Assembly (NCBI GenBank): GCA_965202585.1
Contig: OZ241831.1
Location: 41,850,001 to 41,914,000 of the forward strand
Direction: 5' to 3'
Length of the DNA stretch: 64,000 nucleotides
DNA from: Thalia democratica
Lineage: Eukaryota
How positions within the stretch are numbered: the first letter of the stretch is position 1; each line of letters opens with the position of its first letter. The position numbers were made by a program, and so were the translations under genes. This document shows, piece by piece, positions 28,201 to 37,010 of the stretch. The notes below the pieces were generated by a model. The model ran no database searches. It was given only the letters and a program-made list of their open reading frames with translations, and had not been told where the DNA came from.

Positions 28201-31200
28201 GCGCCGCAGAGCTGGAACGCGCACAACTCCCACCACATCCACGCCTCCCCCCACCACTCGTCCCAGTCGCAGACGAGGAGCGGGTCGCGCAGCAACACCA
28301 GCGCCATGGCAACCAGCTTCGACGACGCCAGCGTGATGGGCGGCGACGGCTTCTCGCTCCTCAACAACCACGCGTTCCTGATACTCATACTAAACTGCTT
28401 GAAAGTCGGTTTTGCTTCCAAAAATAATAATTATATACTTGGTTTTACTGAAAAAAAAAAGTTTTTTAAGTTTTGATTAGTTCTAATTCAGTCAGTTACA
28501 AATAAAATTTTGAACTAATATTTGTTTGATAAAACTAATATTTGCATTTCCGTTTTAAGTTGCTATTTAACAAATATTTAAGTTAGTAGGTAGTAATTAA
28601 TAGTGATATTATCATATTGTACTTTTTTAAAACTTATATTATATTTGTAGGGGCAAGAAGACCAACGTGACACTTTGCTGGATTCGCTCAAGTCGCAGAT
28701 AACGATGCTGATCACCGAGTGGCAGTGTTCGAGGGGCGAAGACGCGCAAATTATGACGTCACAATCACAAAACACCGCGCTTCACGACGGCTTGAAACTG
28801 AGATTGAGCTTGGTTTGTTTTACCTTCAAATACCTTTAAAGTTTGACATACTTATACTCTTTGAACGTAACTTAGAAGTCTTTGAAAGTTTTTGGTACTG
28901 TTATTAAAAATTTATGCTGTTTTATAAACAGTAAGACTTGTTTTTTACTTAAAATATCTTAAAGTAGGTAGTTATCTATATGCATCAATCTTATGCTGGG
29001 TTGCTTTTTAAGTATTTCAATTAGTTATGTTTGAACAGAAAAAAAGTAGTAAAAAGTTAAAAAGTCTTGTTTTTAACATTTTTTGATACAATTATTTTGA
29101 ACTGAAGACTAGCTATCTTTTAATATCGCGCTTGTATTAATGATTTTTAGATAAATAAAAATTTTCTAAAGTAAAAAATAAAAATAAAACTATATATTTT
29201 TATAGGTGGGAGGAATGTTTGATACTGTGGAAAATAATACAACATTTACTAGTGAAATTGTTATTCTGCTCACAAGACTCATCAGCTATGAAATGGTTGA
29301 TGTTAAGGTTTATGATAAAATTACTGTATTCTACATAAAAATCTATTGATGTATTATTTTTTTATAACTTTGTAAAATATCTAACAAAAATAACTGAAAA
29401 ATAGATTGCTTGTTTCAAAAAACACATTACTTTTGAAATAATTTGTTAGAATTTTAGTACATATATTCAAAATAAAACTTGTGTTTAAAACAATATTGCT
29501 AATAACAAGGCAAACGAAGGGACGTTGTTCAACACGGTGTTCGACATGATATCAATGTTGCTTCACCACACTTTAGGAGGCATTGACTGCAACAAGAGAG
29601 ACTACACTAACATTGTTAAAAAAATGAAGGTTTGAAAGTTTAATAGAATTTTTATTTGTAAGTGTTGATAACTAATGCATAAATTTTATGATTCTAGAGC
29701 AGAATTTTAATTAAACAATAAGAATTTCTTATAACATGAATGAAAACTGTTAAAGCAAAAACGCACTGCTATAAATTTTATTCATATCTAACTGTGCATA
29801 ACTAGGCATTGAATATTTGCACTTTGTTTAAAGTTGAACAATAAACAACCACAAAAGTTAACTTACAGGACAAGTAAGCCAGTTGAACTAGGAATAGTTA
29901 TTTACCTTGCCAATAAACTAAACAGCTAGAATAAACTTGAAACATAAAAAACCAACAGAAAGAGATGGGAGAGCGGCAGTCGGACGGGTTGAAGAAGCTG
30001 AGGAAGCTGCTTCCGTTCTCCAGGAACGACAACAACTTCGTGCTGTGCTTCGAAACCGCGGGCGGGTCGAGCTCGGGGAACCACGACTCGATAAAAACGC
30101 AGAACTTCAGCTGCCCCTCCGACCCGTCGCGCGGCTTGCAGGTTTGATTTGAAAATTCGTGTTCGGGGGGTGGCCACAAAACATACAGGACCCGGGAAAA
30201 ACCTGAAGTTTTAAACAGTAGTGAAAATTCGATTCGAATTAAAAAAATTTTCATATTAATAAAAACATTTTGCTGTCATCAATTTTTTTTTCAACCACAT
30301 TTAAGGTAGCCTTACAGTATCTTTTCAATGTTGCTATACGTTCAACACAGTTTTTAAACTTAAAATTGGTTCTAAAATAAAAGTAGACCCAAAAGCGTGT
30401 ACTTTTAAAAACCTGAATGATTTTCAGAGTAATTAGAAGAAATTTCTTGAAAACAAGCGGCCCCCCTGCATGTTAAATGTTATTATTAAAAAAAAAACTT
30501 TAGCTTCTATAACATTTTGACTTTTTCAGCATGATAAGGCTAGATAAAGAAAATCAAGTTGTTTTTAAGAACTCACTATGACTAAATTTTTTAAACTATT
30601 ATGATTATTTTTTAGACTATCTCTTGTGTTTTGATTTTAAATATTAGTACTATTATATGTGAAAGCTATTTATTTTTTTTCATTGCCAACGAAATTATAG
30701 TAAAAATTGAAAAAGCTAGCGATTGCAGTATATCAACTTCATTAAAATAAAACTTCTCAGACTGATGTTTAGAAAGTTAGCTTTTATTTTGTAGATATCT
30801 TCAAAAGTGAAAATAAATCCGTGGGACCTGATAGAGGGGATCGAATCTCCGGCGCCAATGTGCCTCAGCTGGTTTGGCGCCAAAAAGATAATGAAGGAAG
30901 TCCCCTATTATGAGAAAGAACACGTCAAGTTGATGCAGCAGGAAGAAGAAGAAATTCAGTTTGTGAAAATATTTTGAATTAAAATTGAGAGAGATTTTAA
31001 TTAGAATTAAAAGTAACTTTATAAAACGAGGCCTAATTTGTTTTTTTACTTTACAAGGTTTACTTTTTGGGTTAATAAATATGATCACATGACTGCATGT
31101 AGTGTTTTGTAACCAAGTTTCAATTTTACCCCTGCTTGTTACAAATAGTTTAAGGAAGCAAAGCCTGTCTTTTACGCAATAATGGTTTTGATCAGTTAAC

Positions 31201-34200
31201 AATTCACAGCGAACACGATTAAACGACTGCGTGCAATGTTTTCTTATTTCTTAAATTCTTAAATTATTTTCTGTATTTTTATATATAAACGTCGCACACT
31301 CACACAGCGACCTCGCCTACTTCTTGCAACCGCCCAACATCCCGGAGGAGGAGCCGGAAGAGGAGGTGGTGCAGCAGCAGCCTCCCCAGCAGAAGCAGAT
31401 GTTCTCGCCCTCCGCCAGCCACCTGCACCAGATCAAGCACCCGATGGGCAGGCAGATGGCGCACAACGACGTCATGAGCAGCCAGGTGCAGTCCATTCAG
31501 CAGCAGCAGCAGCAGTTGGGGAAGCGGAGGAACACCGCCAAGCAGCCCAAGAGGCCGAAAAAACAGAAGGTGAGTCGGTGTTGTTGAAGTTTGTGTGTAG
31601 ATTCAAGATACGTACGAGAGAGTTACTAATTGTTTGAATAGTTGTTATATCAAGGCTCAAAAATATCGTGTTTTATTTATCATTATGTATAAAAAAAATA
31701 ACTCTTTGTTTTGTACTCAAAAATTTAACACGAAGCAACATAATTGTCAGTAAAAAGAAAACGGAGTTAATTTGCGCGATGGACAATTAAAAAAGTTTGA
31801 GTAATTACTTTTTTATTCAGTTCGAGCCTCCGAAAAATGTTCTGCCAAATCGAGGGTTGGGCTTGCACAATGCGAACATCATGCAATCTAGAATGGGCCA
31901 ACCGTACATTACTGATCCGTTCATGAAACCCGGCATGATGGCCGGTAGAACTTACAACATGCCGGCGAGGTACAATTACCCGGGCGCGCAAACCGAAATC
32001 AGCAAAAAAAGTTTGCGATTTTTTTTTGTAATTTAACATAATTTAATGTACTTTAGCGTAGTCTCAAAATTTATAAAACCATACTCTGTTTAAAAACGTT
32101 CAATCTAGGTCATCTTATTTGTTGTACTAGGTATTTCTAGTTCTTAGGTGCAAAGAAAACTTTTAGCACTTGATATAAGAGGCTAACAATTAATTTTAGT
32201 AAATCAAAAGGTTTAGAAAATTTTCCCATAGTTTGTTTTAAAATTTGAATAATGTACTTTGTTTATGGTTTAAAGCCCCAAGTTTGCAGTAAAATACTAA
32301 CTATATTTCTAAATTTTATTTCTACTTAGCTATGTTTTATTTATTCATTATTTTGCTGTTTGAATGGCTATGCGTGATATTGCTTTTGACCTTACTGCGG
32401 AAGGGCACGCACATCTAAGACAACAAAACAGTTAAAAGTACCAAAACCCGCACTTTATAATGTAGTGAGGAAATACGAAGATCTCGGCAATACAACAGAT
32501 CATCCCAAAAGTTTAAACGCTTTTGAGAAGGGACCCCAAACGCTCCAGTTTAAACTCAACATGTAAAACAGAAAATTGCTCGAACCCATATGAAGTTGCT
32601 GAAGACGTGTTACAACTCATCGCCACCACAAAACTTTCCTATCTGTCATGACATGATCAGCAGTTTTAAAAGCTTGAACATATTTACTGCTTTTGTGAAA
32701 CAGAGCGCTAATTTCGACACACCTATGAAATTTTGCTCGAAAGATTACTAAAAATTAAAATTTGATTTTCTGACACCTCTTGGCGCAGAGACAATTTCCC
32801 CGCGGATGGAATCGCTGCTTCCTTCACCCAATTTAGTGTTTTTTCAAAAACTGACAGCTCTTACGACAAAAAGCTGCGGAGTCGTTGGTTGTAGTGGAAG
32901 TGGTGAACAATTGGTTGTGGTAAAAACATGGCAGAATTGGTTGCGTGGGACGGTTGAGTGTTTTTTAGAGTACGAGTTGCTGCTCAAGGAGCGTATATTT
33001 GAAAAGAATGGTGAAATGTTGGGTGCACGACGATTCAAACTCGACAATTCAAATTCCGACAACTCAAATTCGGACAACTCAAACTACTTGAATTCAAATT
33101 CGGATAATTTAAACTACGAAAGTTCAAATTCGGACAATTCAAACTACGACAACCAAACTATTTATTTTTTGATTTCGTGAGGCTTTCAAACAAAACACGA
33201 AACATGCAATTTTCGTCTTTTTTAACTGGTTTACAATTAATGTCACTTTATATTTTCTATAAACATTTTCCATACCCTCCATAGTCTAGATATACCATTT
33301 AGCCTTAAATTAAGTTGTTAGTAAGAATTAGAATAAGTTGATAATTTAATGAATTTTCAAAATATTTTTAATTGCTGTTTAACTTTTCTAGTTTTTTATT
33401 TATATTTTCATAAAAACAAAACTTTGTTAGCTATATATTTATTAAAGTTTATAAATGTTTTAAATTATTAATGTACATAGTTAAAATTTATATTAAGTTG
33501 CTAATAAGAATGAAAATAAATTGATAATTTAATGTAGTTTAAATAAAAATTTAATTATCATACAACTTATCTAGTTGTTTGTTTATATAATCACATAACT
33601 CTGTTAGATATGTTTTTAGTTAAGATTATAAATGTTATAAATTACTAATATAATTGAAACTATATTGTTAAAAAACTTAAAAGTTGGCGTTTTAATTTTT
33701 TTTTATATATTTTAAAAATAAGTAAATAATTGTAATGAGTTTAATAAAAAAATATAAAAACTAATTGTCTAGCGTTTTAGATATTCTGTTTTGCTTTATA
33801 AGAATAGTATAATAAGGGCATAGGGGAAAGTCCGACATTTTTTTTTAATCAAAAATGATATTGGATCTTATATGAAGTAAAAACTACGAGCCAGTTTTTA
33901 TAGAGTAAAATCGTCCTATTGAACTTTTGAGATTTTGTAATTTCTATAAAAAGTTTCCGATACAAACGTATGATCCGCAAAATTTTCGAGGTCTGTTTTC
34001 TCGTAAATTTAAAAAGTCACTAAAAATCTATGTTCTCCTTCATTTCTTGAGCTAGAGACCTCAAACTTTCAGGAAACGTTCCTTTTACAGTTTAAAAGAC
34101 TTTTAAAGTTGCGATTTCAAAAATATAAAATAAAATAAAAAATTTTGACAAAAAAAAAAGTGTTTTTTTTTTATAAAAATTTTGTTTTTCAAGGTTAAAA

Positions 34201-37010
34201 AGTTCTGCATTCAATCTTTTTAAAATTTAATAATATATTTTCTGTGAAAATTTAAAGAAAACTGCTTAAAAAATTTAGGAGGAGATATAATTTTAGTGAA
34301 ATGGTCTTTTTTCGCGTTTTTAGTTTGCGCCTTCTATGAGGAACCTTTTGAGGTCACCGACTTTGATCGCTCATATCTCAAAAATTACGTTGGATTTTTC
34401 AAGCGGTTAAAATTGTCTGATAGATAAAACTCTATAAAATAAGATCAACTTGTAAAAAACAAGGTGGAACCACCCTATGCCCTCAAGTAGTTAACGTACA
34501 AATTTCTTGATTAAATGTTATTTTACTTAGAAATAGGTTGAAGCGCTTATACCTAATAAATAAAGCAGAGTAATAGTATTTAAAAAAATAATGTTTAGTG
34601 CATAAAATTTTGTTTTTTACTAAATAGATTTTTTGAATAATATAAATGTTTGTAATTAACACTAGAACTTATTTAACATGACATTTTTTTTAGGTGTTGT
34701 CAATGAGAAAATACGACTTTCAATTTTGAACAACAGCAAAAACAAACGACACCAATATACAGCGAGACCGCATGGGGTAAGTTTAAAAATCAACTTAAAA
34801 ATTTTTTTTAAATGTCAAGCTGTTTTAACCTACCATTAAACGTTTTTGGTAAATTTATCTCCTCTTCCAAAAGTTCACGTCTCATATTTACTTGAATACG
34901 ATTAATTCAAACCATAACCAAAACTTTTTGTAACAACCTAACACATATTAAACAAACAACTTCTTAATAAACTCACATTATATTTAGTTTTTTTTTAATA
35001 TTAAGCTGTGTGAACTTGCCAGAAAACGTTATTTTTAATTTCTATCTCCACTTCCCAAAGTTCGCATCTCGTGTTTACTTTTAAAAACGAGGCCAATTCA
35101 AACCTTAACCAAAACTTTATTTAAAAACCTATATTAAACAGAAACAAACATCTTCATAATAAACTCATATTTACTTAAAAAACTACGCTTCATTCAAATT
35201 CTAACCGAAACTTTGTTTGACAGCCTCTATTAGACAGAAATATTAACCTTTCAAATATTTGAAACTCACTCATTGTGCAGACGGGGGGAATGAGCATGCC
35301 GTACAGGGCGCAGCAGGGGAGCTCGGGTCAGATGCACGCCAACATGCAGATGCAGCAGGGTTACTACCAATCGTCGCCACACACCAACCAGCGCATCATG
35401 CAGCACAACCCCGCCACTCAGAGAGGTTCGTTCAGTTGTTGATGTAATAGTACTGAAAAACTTGTGTGAGACACTCAATATTTGTTTTTAATTTGGTCTA
35501 AATTTTACCAAATATTTTATCTAAATATACAAAAGATAATCGTGTTATCAGTTGGGGCAGTTGATGAGATTGATGAAGCAGCTGTATATGTTGCATAACG
35601 TGTCTCAGAATTTACTCTGAATGTCACTGATTTTTTTTATATGTTTTCTCATTAAAACAATGAGTTTACCACCATCCAAGGTAGTTTTAAGTCAGGAGGA
35701 GGTATTGTTTAAAATAGTTTTAGTTTTGATATTCTAAACTAAAAAGTTGTTAAAGTTTTGTGTTGATTAAAATATTTATAAGTTTTGTAAACTAAAGTAT
35801 GTAGACTGATTCTCTAACTGGGAAAAATTGTGTAACATACTCAATATTTATTTTTAATTTAGTCTAAATGTTACCAAATATTTTATATATACATACAGAC
35901 AATAAATTATGCTATCTGAGTTGGAATCTCCAGCTATGATAAAATGTTTGCTTAGGTTTTTATTTTATTAAAAAAAAGTATCATTATTTAGCTTTTTTTA
36001 AATTTTTAGAGTTCAATAAATTATTTACAAGCTCAGAACATGTGAACTATGTACTTTTCTGTAATTTCAACTAAATTCAAAATATTATTGCAGCTTACCC
36101 AGCAGTGCAACGAGGTTATCCCCAGCAACCGGCGATGCCGAGTTACCAGGGAATGCAGAAGGGCGCTGGTTACCACGGGCAACGCATCACCCCGCAACCC
36201 GGATCGTACCAGCAACCCGGCATCAACCCAATGATGACGTCACCATACATGTCGGCCGGTCACGTGGCAACAGGACCTGGCAGGAGCAATCAGATTAGCA
36301 GGTTTTGTTATGAGAGCTTTGTGTTGAAATTTATTTTATTTGTTAGAAATAATTAATTTTTATAAACAGTGTTTTTCTAAAACCTAGAACTAATCTTTTT
36401 TGAAGTCAAAAAAAAACAAAACTTTTAGAAACTCTTTTTATTTTTAGGGTCATAAATGCAAATTTATAATTTAATATCAAATGATTAATAAGCAGGATGC
36501 AAGTTGGCGGGCAGAGCGGTTACCAGATGATGGGAGCCAATCAGCAGCAAGCTACAGTTCAGAGAACCAATCAGATGGCTTCGAATTCCCGCCAAATGCA
36601 GGTCATTCAACCGCAACAAGCCCAACAACCAGGAAGAATCATCAACACTGTTCGTTCGAATTGATTTTTTTATGGTTAAAAAATGAAATATTAAAACTTG
36701 TAGATTTTATAAAAATCCTAACTGATGTTCTATTTTTTGAATTATTTATTTTTGTATGACTTTATTAAAACTGTTCGTTTGAATTTGAAGTTATTCAATT
36801 TCTCAAACTTGTCTTACCTCATAGCATTAATGAATTTTTTTTTGATAACAATTAAAACCTATTTCGGATATCTGTTCTGTGGCTCATAGTTTATTAAAAG
36901 TTTAAACATTTAGTAAATTAAATAATAAAAAGGGCCAGCAGCAAAGTTATCCCGGGCAGCAGAATATAATGATGAGGAACACGAACAACATGCCGCCACC
37001 GTTTCAATGA
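7277..37010 (+). CDS. MED12: Mediator of RNA polymerase II transcription subunit 12 (MED12/kohtalo), 42 coding exons, about 2206 aa
   Basis: Hand-spliced exons: 7277-7363, 7616-7774, 9778-9996, 10818-10944, 11868-12112, 12513-12715, 13191-13523, 14611-14699, 15464-15582, 15894-16010, 16259-16370, 16970-17104, 17196-17317, 17553-17674, 17901-18078, 18725(or 18713)-18881, 19166-19325, 19976-20179, 20572-20682, 20841-20981, 21515-21697, 22091-22226, 24009-24165, 24497(or 24515)-24718, 25104-25231, 25720-25856, 26422-26539, 27107-27255, 27586-27739, 28159-28404, 28651-28812, 29206-29307, 29510-29629, 29959-30141, 30795-30958, 31308-31569, 31821-32010, 34694-34776, 35281-35425, 36094-36301, 36496-36649, 36933-37010 (TGA). 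Phases chain with no stop; total 6621 nt. Motifs match recalled human MED12: FPDVYPQ|EYKQKEDELTSVNVKQGF, LAGSKPL..RKVPI, EWTQAIT, LDRHEFLSWV, GSPLDLLP, LLCEWGIT..RSGIHR, NRYSFVC, AEWLGV, WLIAPLICKL, LKLRLSL|VGGMFDTV, KEMGERQSD, PWDLIEG, and a Q/P/M/G-rich C-terminus. Confidence 0.97.
11169..11547. mobile_element. MITE family A (TIR CAGGGTTGCCA), 6-bp TSD AATAAA
   Basis: CAGGGTTGCCA...TGGCAACCCTC, subterminal AAAACCTGG repeats, AATAAA on both flanks; body homologous to the other copies. Confidence 0.85.
13738..14558. mobile_element. MITE family A, 6-bp TSD TTGAGA, carrying a nested insert of about 520 bp
   Basis: Perfect TIRs CAGGGTTGCCAA / TTGGCAACCCTG with TTGAGA on both flanks; extra segment 13889-14411 between two TAGCTTT copies. 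Confidence 0.9.
16416..16837. mobile_element. MITE family A, 6-bp TSD TATTAA
   Basis: CAGGGTTGCCAC...GTGGCAACCCTG with TATTAA on both flanks; many ACCTGGAA subterminal repeats. Confidence 0.9.
23469..23817. mobile_element. Old hAT (Charlie/Tip100-like) MITE
   Basis: TAGGAATAGGCAACGTTTTT..GGCGGGCAAG at left and GCGGGCTGCAG...GACGGGCCGTACGTTGGTCCATCCTTG at right, with the GCGGGCCG subterminal pattern of hAT MITEs. Confidence 0.55.
30164..30468. mobile_element. MITE family A, older copy, TSD CGTGTT/CATGTT
   Basis: Degenerate TIRs (CGGGGGGTGGCCA / GCGGCCCCCCTG) and a shared body (AGTAGTGAAAATT, GTAGCCTTACAGTATCTTTTCAAT, AGACCCAAAA..GTACTTTT). Confidence 0.7.
32364..32840 (+). pseudogene. Decayed Tc1/mariner-superfamily transposase fragment
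   Basis: After a frameshift it reads KQLKVPKPALYNVVRKYEDLGNTTDHPKS, resembling the N-terminal HTH before the GRPR motif. A possible SPDLN-like relic (PSPNL) lies near 32825. Multiple stops and frameshifts. Confidence 0.5.
33021..33160. repeat. 15-nt minisatellite (GACAATTCAAATTCG / GACAATTCAAACTAC), about 9 units
   Basis: Direct inspection; a shorter related array with a similar 5' leader lies at 43036-43085. Confidence 0.85.
33310..33660. repeat. Diverged tandem duplication, period about 183 bp
   Basis: TTAAGTTGTTAGTAAGAAT at 33310 and TTAAGTTGCTAATAAGAAT at 33493, with colinear downstream similarity. Confidence 0.65.
33813..34485. mobile_element. MITE family B
   Basis: TAAGGGCATAGGGG...CACCCTATGCCCTCA; body is reverse-complement homologous to 59441-60133. 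Confidence 0.85.
34815..35175. repeat. Diverged tandem duplication, period about 187 bp
   Basis: TATCTCCTCTTCCAAAAGTTCAC..AATTCAAACCATAACCAAAACTTT at 34856 recurs as TATCTCCACTTCCCAAAGTTCGC..AATTCAAACCTTAACCAAAACTTT at 35043. Confidence 0.7.
35463..35925. repeat. Direct repeat pair of about 95 bp (35463-35555 and 35829-35925)
   Basis: Shared ACTCAATATTT.TTTTTAATTT.GTCTAAAT.TTACCAAATATTTTAT core. Confidence 0.65.

Noticed and set aside
33021-33160. Possible CRISPR-like array
   Set aside because: The units are contiguous with no unique spacers, and the context is a eukaryotic intron.
11753-36759. Many alternative-frame and antisense ORFs in the track (e.g. 11869-12135, 13296-13571, 21372-21758, 28153-28371)
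   Set aside because: They are shadows of GC-rich MED12 exons, where high GC3 removes stops from other frames; only the MED12 frame has homology and consistent splice phases.
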